A stretch of 64,000 nt of DNA, from the NCBI RefSeq assembly GCF_963921235.1, contig NC_086100.1, positions 203,424,001 through 203,488,000 of the forward strand, written 5' to 3'. Every line of letters begins with the position of its first letter. The first letter of the stretch is position 1. This document shows positions 52,020 through 64,000 of this stretch, piece after piece. Source of the DNA: Mobula hypostoma (lineage: Eukaryota). Position numbers and translations under genes: made by a program. The notes under the pieces are model-generated. The model ran no database searches. It had not been told where the DNA came from and worked only from the letters and a program-made list of their open reading frames with translations.

Positions 52020-53110
52020 TACGGTACATGGGAGGTTAGTTAGGAAAATTCAGTCGCTAGGTATACATGGAGAGGTGGTAAATTGGATTAGACATTGGCT
52101 CGATGGAAGAAGCCAGAGAGTGGTGGTAGAGAATTGCTTCTCCGAGTGGAGGCCTGTGACTAGTGGTGTGCCACAGGGATCAGTGCTGGGTCCATTGTTA
52201 TTTGTCATCTATATCAATGATCTGGATGATAATGTGGTAAATTGGATCAGCAAGTTTGCTGATGATACAAAGATTGGAGGTGTAGACAGTGAGGAAGGTT
52301 TTCAGAGCCTGCAGAGGAACTTGGACCAGCTGGAAAAATGGGCTGAAAAATGGCAGATGGAGTTTAATACTGACAAGTGTGAGGTATTGCACGTTGGAAG
52401 GACAAACCAACGTAGAACATACAGGGTTAATGGTAAAGCACTGAGGAGTGCAGTGGAACAGAGGGATCTGGGAATACAGATACAAAATTCCCTAAAAGTG
52501 TCGTCACAGGTAGATAGGGTCGTAAAGAGAGCTTTTGGTACATTGGCCTTTATTAATCGAAATATTGAGTATAAGAGCTGGAATGTTATGATGAGGTTGT
52601 ATCAGGCATTGGTGAGGCCGAATCTGGAGAGAAGGTTTACAAGGATGTTGCCGGGACTTGAGAAACTCAGTACAGAGAAAGGTTGAATAGGTTAGGACTT
52701 TATTCCCTGAAGCGTAGAAGAATGAGGGGAGATATGATAGAGGTATATAAAATTATGATGGGTATAGATAGAGTGAATGCAAGCAGGCTTTTTCCACTGA
52801 GGCAAGGGGAGAAACAAACCAGAGGACATGGGTTAAGGGTGAGGGGGGAAAAGTTTAAAGGGAACATTAGTGGGGGCTTCTTCACACAGAGAGTGGTGGG
52901 AGTATGGAATGAGCTGCCAGATGAGGTGGTAAATGCGGGTTCTTTTTTAACATTTAAGAATAAATTGGACAGATACATGGATGGGAGGTGTATGGAGGGA
53001 TATGGTCCGTGTGCAGGTCAGTGGGACTAGGCAGAAAATGGTTCGGCACAGCCAAGAAGGGCCAACGGGCCTGTTTCTGTGCTGTAGTTTCTATGGTTCT
53101 ATGGTTCTAC
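52020..53110 (+). mobile_element. 5'-truncated CR1
   Basis: [21 protein letters not shown]; ctatggtt tail. Confidence 0.92.
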
Positions 53111-53704
53111 AGTCACTCAATAGACAATAGGTGCAGGAGTAGGCTATTCGGCCCTATTCACGTCTATTGACACAAGGTCAAGGACAGGGTGCGTTATGTC
53201 TGCTCAATCGGTGTATCCGGCATTTTTCCAGTAACACATCCGCGGGTCTGCGGTCAAGTGCACAGGTACCATCAACAATATGTTGCACGAACATTATTAG
53301 CAAAGCACTCTGATACACTACAGGTTCCAGCTTGTTGCAGACATAAACGCCATTTTGGTGTGACAAGCGAAGTACATTTACCCAGTGGTGGAGAAGCATT
53401 CCTACACCCCCTGCCCTCTGTGAAAACCCTTCCACCCTTACATCACTCCCCATTTCTGTTAACACCCCCGATCCTTGCAGCCGTCACCATCTGTGAAAAC
53501 ACTTCTAACCCTACACACATCACCATTGTGTAAACCCGCCTGAATCTTACACCACTCGCCATCTCTGTAAAACCCTCCACCATCCCCCCTGGCGCATTCA
53601 GGTGACAGCTGGCCCGAGAAAGACACCAACCATGGCAGGCGGCAGGGCTCACAGAACACATTCACACTAGCTGACTTTTTTAAAAATAAACCTACCAATT
53701 TACA

Positions 53705-55010
53705 TACGCAAACATGAGGAAATCTGCAGATGCTGGAATTTCAAACAACACACATGAAAGTTGCTGGTGAACACAGCAGGCCAGGCAGCATCTCTAGGAA
53801 GAGATACAGGCAGGCATAGCTAGGACCCATGCGGGTGCCGATGACTACACCTTTAGTTTGGAGGAAGTGGGAGGAGCCAAAGGACAAATTATTAAGAGTA
53901 AGGACTAATTCCGCTAGACGAAGCAGAGTGGTGGTAGAGGGGAACTGATTAGGTCTGGAATCCAAAAAGAAGTGGAGAGTTTTGAGACCTTCCTGGTGGG
54001 GGATGAAAGTATATAGGGACTGGACATCCATGGGGAAAATAAAGCGGAGCGTGAGAAGTGTCACAAACATAGGTAGGAAGGGATTGAACAAGGGGGGGAT
54101 AAAACAATGTCAAGGTATGCAGAAATGAGTTCGGTGGGGCAGGAGCAAGCTGAGCAATAGGTCTACATGGACAGGCAGGTTTCCCCCCTCCCCCTTTCTT
54201 TCTCCCTAGGCCTCCCGTCCCATGATCCTCTCATATCCCTTTTGTCAATCACCTGTCCAGCTCTTGGCTCCATCCCTCCCCCTCCTGTCTTCTCCTATCA
54301 TTTCGGATCTCTCCCTCCCCCTCCCACTTTCAAATCTCTTACTAGTTCTTCTATCAGTTAGTCCTGATGAAGGGTCTTGGCCCAAAACGTCAACTGTACC
54401 TCTTCCTAGAGATGCTTGGCCTGCTGCATTCACCAGCATCTTGTGTGTGTTGCTGCCGATTTACATGGTGATCTTCACTAAACCTCTTCCTATCTTTACC
54501 TTCTTCCCTCCACTTCCTGCTTTCCACAAGGTTTCCATTCGTCTCTTCTCACTAATCTCGCTCCTGGAACATATCCTTGCAAGCGAGGGAAGTTCTACGC
54601 ACTCCTATTCACTTCCTTCCTCAGCTCCATTCGTCCTTCCGGGTGAGACAACACTTCACCTGCGGGTCTGTCAGGTTGATCTACTGTATCTGATGCTCCC
54701 AGTGCAGCCGCCTCTCCATCAGTGAGCCCCAATGCAGATCAGGAGTCCGCTTTGTCAAGTAACTTTGCTCCGTCCACAACAAACAGAATTTCCCAGTCAC
54801 AAACAAGTGAAAATCTGAAGAAGCTGGAAACTAAGCAACACACAAATAATCTTTTCAATGTTTTCTAGTTCCCTTGCCCCGATCATCTTATTTTCACTAT
54901 GGATACCCAGTCCATATACAACTACACCTCCCACCAGGAAAGCCACAGAGCTCTCCATTTCCATCTGGACACCAGACCCAAGGAGTTCCCCTCCACAACC
55001 ACTCTCCTGC
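53705..55010. mobile_element. Rearranged Penelope-like fragments with inverted pseudo-LTR ends
   Basis: Minus RT fragment 53810-54180 (MDVQSLYTFIPHQEGL), plus-strand pseudo-LTR 54180-54455, older GIY-YIG and RT remnants to 55010. Confidence 0.8.
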
Positions 55011-55299
55011 TCTTTGTTTCCCTTGTCTTCTTTGTTTGAGCTGAACTCCACTGTCACTTTTTCTGTCATCTTGCAGTAAACTGGTGTTGGTCATGTGTGT
55101 GAATGATTTGGTGGAGAATGTAGGTCGAACAATTAGTGAGGGTGTGGATGACACTAAGCTGGTCTGTGGTGAAGCTGAGGGTTGTGTGAGGTTACAGTGG
55201 GATGGAGACCAGCTGGGGAAGTGGGCATACGATAGCAGGCCGATATTTACTCTTACTCAAAGACATGTCTTTAGGATGTCAAAAAAGACCATCATTCAG

Positions 55300-56085
55300 A
55301 TAGTCATAGTCATAGCCGTACTTTATTGATCCCAGGGGAAACTGGTTTTCGTTACAGTTGCACCATAAATAATTAAATAGTAATAAAACCATAAATAGTT
55401 AAATAGTAATATGTACGTTATGCCAGGAAATAAGTCCATGACCAGCCTATTGGCTCAGGGTGTCTGACCCTCCAAGGGAGGAGTTGTAAAGTTTGATGGC
55501 CACAGGCAGGAATGACTTCCTATGACGCTCTGTGTTGCATGTTGGTGGAATGAGTCTCTGGCTGAATGTACTCCTGTTCCCAACCAGTACATTATGTAGT
55601 GGATGGGAGACATTGTCCAAGATGGCATGCAACTTAGACAGCATCCTCTTTTCAGACACCACCGTGAGAGAGTCCAGTTCCATCCCCACAACATCACTGG
55701 CCTTACGAATGAGTTTGTTGATTCAGTTGGTGTCTGCTACCCTCGGCCTGCTGCCCCAGCACACAACAGCAAACATGACAGCACTGGCCACCACAGACTC
55801 GTAGAACATCCTCAGCATCGTCCAGCAGATGTTAAAGGACCTCAGCCTCCTCAGGAAATAGAGACAGCTCTGACCCTTCTTGTCGACAGCCTCAGTGTTC
55901 TTTGACCAGTCCAGTTTATTGTCAATTCGTATCCCCAGGTATTTGTAATCCTCCACCATGTCCACACTGACCCCCTGGATGGAAACAGGGGTCACCAGTA
56001 CCTTAGCTCTCCTCAGGTCTACCACCAACTCCTTAGCCTTTTTCATATTAAGCTGCAGATAATTCTGCTCACACCATGTGACAAA
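55300..56085 (-). mobile_element. Rex1/Babar 3' fragment
   Basis: YKYLGIRIDNKLDW...YFLRRLRSF; nearly identical to 40315-41105. Confidence 0.88.
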
Positions 56086-57105
56086 GATGAAGAGACAGCT
56101 TCCCCTGGGGCTCTGGATTGAGAAGACAAGACTGGGGCTTTGGTTCAGTTCATCTGGTTGGAGGGTCCTGAGACAATATAATGTGTTGCTCCTCCATCCT
56201 GAGTGTGACCTCATCAATCAGGGGAGCACTTCGTCGAGCAGCTTCGCACCAGTGTCAAACATTGTAATACTGAATCCCATTCCTGTTCTGACATGTCGAT
56301 CAATGGCCTCCTCTTGCGCCGTGATGAGACCACCTTCCAATAAACAAATCCCCCGCCCACCCCGCCTTCCTCTATTCCCCACTCTGACCTTTTACTTCAC
56401 ACCTGACTATTGCTCCCCACGGTTCGCTTCCCCTTCTCTCTCTACCGTGGCCCACTCTCCCCTCCGATCAGGTTCTTTCTTCTCCAACCTTTGACTTTTC
56501 CTACCCACCTGGCTTCACCTGTCGCCTTCCAGCTAGCATCTTTCCCCTCCCCATTTTAAAAAAAATTCTGGCTTCTTCTGGGTACCTCCAGCACCCAGGG
56601 CATGCTCTTTTCTCACTGTTACCATCAGGCAAGAGGTACGCACTAGGCCGTTCAGGAACAGCTTTTTCCCTTCCGCTATCCGATTCTGAAATGGACATCG
56701 TACCCTTGGACATTAACTCACTTTTTGAGTATACAGTATTTCTGATTTTGCACTTTTAAAAATGTCTTCAAAATATGTATACTGTAATTGATGTACTTAT
56801 TCATTATTATTTCATTTATTATTTATTATTATTAATACATTTCTATATTATGTAGTGCATTGAACTGCTGCTGCTAAGTTGATAAATTTTACGTCACATG
56901 CCGGTGATAATAAACCTGATTCTGATTCCCCCTTCCTTCTCAGCCCTGCAAAAGGGTCTCGCCCCAAAACGCTGACAGTTTATTCCTTTACATAGATACT
57001 GCCTGAGATGCTGAGATCCTCCAGCGTTTTGTGTGAGTTGTTCTGGATTTCCAGCATCGTGTTCGATCCAGATTTCGTCGTCCGGGACCAGGCGATCATG
57101 TGAAT

Positions 57106-59232
57106 AATAGTTATAATGGGTGACTTCAATCTACATGTAGACTGGGTGAACCAAATTGGTAAAGGTGCTGAGGAAGAGGATTTCTTGGAATGTATGCGGG
57201 ATGGTTTTTTGAACCAACATGTCGAGGAACCAACTAGAGAGCAGGTTATTCTGGACTGGGTTTTGAGCAATGAGGAAGGGTTAATTAGCAATCTTGTCGT
57301 GAGAGGCCCCTTGGGTAAGAGTGACCATAATATGGTGGAATTCTTCATTAAGATGGAGAGTGACATAGTTAATTCAGAAACAAAGGTTCTGAACTTAAAG
57401 AGGGGCAACTTTGAAGGTATGAGATGTGAATTATCTAAGATAGACTGGCAAATGACACTTAAAGAATTGACGGTGGATATGCAATGGCAAGCATTTAAAG
57501 GTTGCATGGATGAACTACAACAATTGTTCATCCCAGGTTGGCAAAAGAATAAATCAAGGAAGGTAGTGCACCCGTGGCTGACAAGAGAAATTAGGGATAG
57601 TATCAATTCCAAAGAAGAATCATACAAATTTAGCCAGAGAAAGTGGCTCACCTGAGGACTGGGAGAAATTCAGAGTTCAGCAGAGGAGGACAAAGGGCTT
57701 AATTAGGAAGGGGAAAAAAGATTAGATTAGACTCGTTAGATTCTGGACTAGTTCCTGAGGATTGGAGGGTGGCTAATGTAACCCCAATTTTTAAAAAAGG
57801 AGGGAGAGAGAAACCGGGGAATTATAGACCGGTTAGCCTAACGTCGGTGGTGGGGAAACTGCTGGAGTCAGTTATCAAGGATGTGATAACAGCACATTTG
57901 GAAAGCGGAGAAATGATCGGACAAAGTCAGCATGGATTTGTGAAAGGAAAATCATGTCTGACGAATCTCATAGAATTTTTTGAGGATGTAACTAGTCGAG
58001 TGGATAGGGGAGATCCAGTGGATGTGGTATATTTGGATTTTCAAAAGGCTTTTGACAAGGTCCCACACGGGAGATTAGTGTGCAAACTTAAAGCACACGG
58101 TATTGGGGGTAAGGTATTGGTGTGGGTGGAGAATTGGTTAGCAGACAGGAAGCAAAGAGTGGGAATAAACGGGACCTTTTCAGAATGGCAGGCGGTGACT
58201 AGTGGGGTACCGCAAGGCTCAGTGCTGGGACCCCAGTTGTTTACAATATATATTAATGACTTGGATGAGGGAATTAAATGCAGCATCTCCAAGTTTGCGG
58301 ATGACACGAAGCTGGGTGGCAGTGTTAGCAGTGAGGAGGATGCTAAGAGGATGCAGGGTGACTTGGATAGGTTGGGTGAGTGGGCAAACTCATGGCAGAT
58401 GCAATTTAATGTGGATAAATGTGAAGTTATCCACTTTGGTGGCAAAAATAGGAAAACAGATTATTATCTGAATGGTGGCCGATTAGGAAAAGGGGAGGTG
58501 CAACGAGACCTGGGTGTCATTATACACCAGTCATTGAAAGTGGGCATGCAGGTACAGCAGGCGGTGAAAAAGGCGAATGGTATGCTGGCATTTATAGCGA
58601 GAGGATTCGAGTACAGGAGCAGGGAGGTACTACTGCAGTTGTACAAGGCCTTGGTGAGACCACACCTGGAGTATTGTGTGCAGTTTTGGTCCCCTAATCT
58701 GAGGAAAGACATCTTTGCCATAGAGGGAGTACAAAGAAGGTTCACCAGATTGATTCCTGGGATGGCAGGACTTTCATATGAAGAAAGACTGGATGAACTG
58801 GGCTTGTACTCGTTGGAATTTAGAAGATTGAGGGGGGGATCTGATTGAAACGTATAAGATCCTAAAGGGATTGGACAGGCTAGATGCAGCAAGATTGTTC
58901 CCGATGTTGGGGAAGTCCAGAACGAGGGGTCACAGTTTGAGGATAAAGGGGAAGCCTTTTAGGACCGAGATTAGGAAAAACTTCTTCACACAGAGAGTGG
59001 TGAATCTGTGGAATTCTCTGCCACAGCAAACTGTTGAGGCCGGTTCATTGGCTATGTTTAAGAGGGAGTTAGATATGGCCCTTGTGGCTACAGGGGTCAG
59101 GGGGTATGGAGGGAAGGCTGGGGCGGGGTTCTGAGTTGGATGATCAGCCATGATCATAATAAATGGCGGTGCAGGCTCGAAGGGCCGAATGGCCTACTCC
59201 TGCACCTATTTTCTATGTTTCTTTGTTTCTAT
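57106..59232 (+). mobile_element. Young CR1 with internal deletion near 57725
   Basis: APE C-terminal part 57116-57655, RT 57769-58848, 3' UTR. Confidence 0.95.
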
Positions 59233-59249
59233 GTGAAGGTCAGACAGAG

Positions 59250-59650
59250 TTCCGCAAAGCCGCGCATGCGCTCAGAGGTTGCAAGGCTCTCGGAGACTCG
59301 GCATCAGGGAGATAGCACATTGCACATTTAGATGGAGACGTAACGTAAAGATTTTTACTCTTTATGTATGTGAAGGATGTAAGAAATAAAGTCAATTCAT
59401 TCATTCGGATTGTGGGGCCAAGCGAGAGGGAATCCGGACCGCCCCGGGATGCGGAAGCAATGGTGTGTCACAGCTCACAGTAATTGTCCCTCAGTCGCGG
59501 TCCCGGCGGCAGTGCACGCACCGGCCCCTCCTAAATGCTGCCGTGTCACTGTGCCTTTTGTTTACTGAGCGCAGGCGTGATTTTCCGGACAGTCTGCTTG
59601 TATGTGATCTCCTGGTCACGGTTGGCGAATTCTGGAACGAACACGAGAAA
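59250..59650. promoter_or_regulatory. Second CpG-rich NRF1-motif promoter-like segment
   Basis: GCGCATGCGC at 59262-59271 followed by TCAG, as at 35458; locally CpG-rich. Confidence 0.55.
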
Positions 59651-59919
59651 GTCATAAATACGGAAATCCAAAGCGACTCACTCAAAACTCTGGAGGAACT
59701 TAGCAGCTCAAGCAACATTTATGGAAAAGAATAAACAGCCGGCGGTTCAGACCAAGTCACTTCTTCAGCACTGAGAAGGACGGGGGAAGATGCCAGAATT
59801 AAAAGGTGGGGATCGGAGGGGAAAGAGGTTAGCTAGAGGGTGATATTTGTAGCCAGGTGGGTGGGAAAGGTCAAGGGCTGGAGAAGAAAGAATCTGATAG
59901 GAGCGGAGAGTGACCAGAG

Positions 59920-61495
59920 AACATTACAGGCGCTTCAGCCCACTATGTTGTGCCGACCACGTATCCTACTCCAGAAACTGCCTAGACTATGCCTACCGTA
60001 TAGCCCTCTATTTTTAAGCTCCATGTACCTATATAAGTCTCTTAGCAGCCCGCATTGTATTTGCTTCTGCCACCTTCACTGGCAATGAATTCCACGCTAA
60101 CTTACCTCTGACATCTCCCTTGTATCTACTTCCAAGCACCTTAAAACTATGCCCTATAGCTCTTGACTTCAATCCCACAGCTGATGAAGGCCAACACACC
60201 ATATGCCTTCTTAACAACACGGTAAACCTGCAGAGCAGCTTTGGGGTCAGATGGTGAATATTATATTCTGTCTTGAATTTTGACCAACCAAAATGAACAA
60301 CTTATCTGGGTTCAGCTCCATCTCAGCTCAGTTCTGCATTCTATCGATGTCGCGCTGTTACTTCACACAACCCTGTAGTCTATCAACAACACCCTCAACT
60401 TTGAATCATTAGCAAACTTACTAACCCTTCTTCATCTTTATCCAGGTTATTTATAAAAAGCTCAAGGAGGAGGGGTCCCAGAAGAGATCACTGTGGAACA
60501 CCATTTGTTAACGTCCTTCATGCTGAAAATGAAACATCTACAACCACCCGTTGCCATCTGTGGGCAAGCCAATTTTCGATCTATAAAGTCAGGTGCCCCT
60601 GAATCCCGTTGCCTCATTACTTTCTGAATAAGCCCCGCATGTGAAACCTTACCAAATGTCTTACTGAAATCTGTATACACTACATCCATTGTTCTACCTT
60701 CATCAAAGTGGTTTGCTACATTCTCAAAGAATTCAATTAGGTTTGTAATGCATGACTGCCCTTGAGAAAGCCATTCTGACTATCCTTGATCAGAATGCGT
60801 CTCTCAAAATGCTCATGAATTCTGCCTCAGAGGATCTTCTCCAACAAATTGCCTATCACTGAAGTAAGACTCACTGGTCCATGATTTCCTGGGTTATCTC
60901 TACTCACTTTTTTGAACAGCGTAACGACATTTGCAAACTTCCAATCATCTGGTACTTCTCCCATTCTGGTTGATAATGCAAAGATCAACCCCAGAGGCTC
61001 AGCGATTTCCTCACTCGCTTCCCACAGTAGCCTGGGTATATTTCGTCCGGTCCCAGCGACTTATCTAACTTAATATCTTTCCAATGCTCCAACACAGCAT
61101 CTTTCTTAATGTCTATATGCTCAAGTGGTTCAATCCACTGTAAGTCTTCCCCACAGTTGTGAAGGTCCCTTTCCCTGGTGAATACTGAACCAGAGTATTA
61201 AGTACCTCCGCTACCTGATCTAACTCCATGCTGACGTTTCCACTATTGCATCCGATTGGTCGTATTATCACATTGCTGATCCTCCTGCTCTTCACATACT
61301 TGTAGAATGTCTTGGGGTTTTCCTTAATCCTGCTCGCCAAGACTTTCTCATGGCCCCTTCCAGGTCTCCTAATTCCACTGTTAGTCTCCTTCCTGGTAAC
61401 CTTGTAACTTTCTAGAAGTCTATATGTACCAAGTTTATTGAAACTTCCACAAGCATTTCTGTTCTTCAGAACGATATTTTCCATAACATTTGTAC
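59920..61495 (-). mobile_element. Old degenerate CR1
   Basis: DVVYTDFSKTFGKVSH, KENPKTFYKYVKS remnants. Confidence 0.8.
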
Positions 61496-61499
61496 ACAA

Positions 61500-64000
61500 T
61501 GGTTCAGGGATATTCAATATTCAGGAGGGATAGACATGAAGGAAGGGGAGGTGGGGTGGCGTTGCTGGTTAAAGAAGAGATTGACGCAATAGAAAGGAAG
61601 GACATAAGCCGGGAAGATGTGGAATTGATATGGGTAGAGCTGCGTAACACTAAGGGGCAGAAGACGCTGGTGGGAGTTGTGTACAGGCCACCTAACAGTA
61701 GTAGTGAGGTTGGAGATGGTATTAAACAGGAAATTAGAAATGTGTGCAATAAAGGAACAGCAGTTACAATGCGTGACTTCAATCTACATGTAGATTGGGT
61801 GAACCAAATTGGTAAAGGTGCTGAGGAACAGGATTTCTTGGAATGTATGCGGGATGGTTTTTTGAACCAAGATGTCGAGGAACCAACTAGAGAGCAGGCT
61901 ATTCTGGACTGGGTTTTGAGCAATGAGGAAGGGTTAATTAGCAATCTTGTCGTGAGAAGCCCCTTGGGTAAGAGTGACCATAATATGGTGGAATTCTTCA
62001 TTAAGATGGAGAGTGACATAGTTAATTCAGAAACAAAGGTTCTGAACTTAAAGAGGGGTAACTTTGAAGGTATGAGATGAGAATTAGCTAAGATAGACTG
62101 GCAAATGACACTTAAAGGATTGACGGTGGATATGCAATGGCAAGCATTTAAAGGTTGCATGGATGAACTACAATTGTTCATCCCAGTTTGGCAAAAGAAT
62201 AAATCAAGGAAGGTAGTGCACCCATGGCTGACAAGAGAAATTAGGGATAGTATCAATTCCAAAGAAGAATCATACAAATTAGCCAGAGAAAGTGGCTCAC
62301 CTGAGGACTGGGAGAAATTCAGAGTTCAGCAAAGGTGGACAAAGGGCTTAATTAGGAAGGGGAAAAAAGATTATGAGAGAAAACTGGCAGGGAACATAAA
62401 AAAGGACTGTAAAAGCTTTTATAGATATGTAAAAAGGAAAAGACTGGTAAAGACAAATGTGGTCCCCTGCAGACAGAAACAGGTGAATTGATTATGGGGA
62501 GCAAGGACATGGCAGACCAATTGAATAATTACTTTGGTTCTGTCTTCACTCAGGAGGACATAAATCTTTCAGAAATAGTAGGGGACAGAGGGTCCAGTGA
62601 GATGGAGGAACTGAGCGAAATACATGTTAGTAGGGAAGTGGTGTTAGGTAAATTGAAGGGATTGAAGGCAGATAAATCCCCAGGGCCAGATGGTCTGCAT
62701 CCTAGAGCGCTTAAGGAAGTAGCCCAAGAAAAAGTGGATGCATTAGTGATAATTTTTCAAAATTCGTTAGATTCTGGACTAGTTCCTGAGGATTGGAGGG
62801 TGGCTAATGTAACTCCACTTTTTAAAAAAGGAGGGAGAGAGAAACCGGGGAATTATAGACCAGTTAGCCTAACGTCAGTGGTGGGGAAGCTGCTGGAGTC
62901 AGTTATCAAGGATGTGATAACAGCACATTTGGAAAGCGGTGAAATCATCGGACAAAGTCAGCATGGAATTGTGAAAGGAAAATCATGTCTGACGAATCTC
63001 ACAGAATTTTTTGAGGATGTAACTAGTAGAGTGGATAGGGGAGAACCAGTGGATGTGGTATATTTGGATTTTCAAAAGGCTTTTGACAAGGTCCCACACA
63101 GGAGATTAGTGTGCAAACTTAAAGCACACGGTATTGGGGGTAAGGTATTGATGTGGGTGGAGAATTGGTTAGCAGACAGGAAGCAAAGAGTGGGAATAAA
63201 CGGGACCTTTTCAGAATGGCAGGCGGTGACTAGTGGGGTACCGCAAGGCTCAGTGCTGGGACCCCAGTTGTTTACAATATATATTAATGACTTGGATGAG
63301 GGAATTAAATGCAGCATCTCCAAGTTTGCGGATGACACGAAGCTGGGTGGCAGTGTTAGTTGTGAGGAGGATGCTAAGAGGATGCAGGGTGACTTGGATA
63401 GGTTGAGTGAGTGGGCAAATTCATGGCTGATGCAATTTAATGTGGATAAATGTGAAGTTATCCACTTTGGTGGCAAAAATAAGAAAACAGATTATTATCT
63501 GAATGGTGGCCGATTAGGAAAAGGGGAGGTGCAACGAGACCTGGGTGTCATTATACACCAGTCATTGAAAGTGGGCATGCAGGTACAGCAGGCGGTGAAA
63601 AAGGCGAATGGTATGCTGGCATTTATAGCGAGAGGATTCGAGTACAGGAGCAGGGAGGTACTACTGCAGTTGTACAAGGCCTTGGTGAGACCACACCTGG
63701 AGTATTGTGTGCAGTTTTGGTCCCCGAATCTGAGGAAAGACATCCTTGCCATAGAGGGAGTACAAAGAAGGTTCACCAGATTGATTCCTGGGATGGCAGG
63801 ACATTCATATGAAGAAATACTGGATGAACTGGGCTTGTACTCGTTGGAATTTAGAAGATTGAGGGGGGATCTGATTGAAACGTATAAAATCCTAAAGGGA
63901 TTGGACAGGCTAGATGCAGCAAGATTGTTCCCGATGTTGGGGAAGTCCAGAACGAGGGGTCACAGTTTGAGGATAAAGGGGAAGCCTTTTAGGACCGAGA
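61500..64000 (+). mobile_element. Young CR1 ORF2, runs off the window end
   Basis: GYSIFRRDR..GRGGGVALLV APE motif; RT near-identical to 57769-58848. Confidence 0.95.

Noticed and set aside
56980..62277. Long antisense ORFs (56980-57651, 61504-62277 and similar ones elsewhere)
   Set aside because: Shadows on the opposite strand of CR1 or Penelope ORFs, with no independent coding signal.

Overview
Eukaryotic (vertebrate) genomic DNA. The repeat families and gene types suggest a cartilaginous fish, probably a ray or shark; this is inference only. Most of the window is nested retroelement debris: CR1 LINEs of several ages, Penelope-like elements (RT + GIY-YIG) carrying minimal hammerhead ribozymes, Rex1/Babar, Nimb/I-like and Tx1 fragments, and a tRNA-derived SINE. 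Two host genes are embedded. (1) A minus-strand TRIM (RING-B-box-coiled-coil) gene: five exons can be spliced by hand with canonical GT-AG sites (18118 to 8966), a perfect IRF/ISRE element lies just upstream of the ATG, and no PRY-SPRY exon is visible in the window. (2) A plus-strand 22-finger C2H2 zinc-finger ORF (42032-43933), probably driven by an NRF1-motif CpG promoter at about 35.4 kb. The most unusual object is a 2.5-kb two-LTR endogenous retrovirus (45817-48331). It has a tRNA-Ser PBS, class III (ERV-L/S-like) gag and pol remnants, a gamma-type env TM with an immunosuppressive domain, and an internally inverted gag segment. It is nested in a CR1 that itself interrupts the zinc-finger array. 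The 29-60 kb region looks like a tandem segmental duplication with a period of about 23.5 kb.
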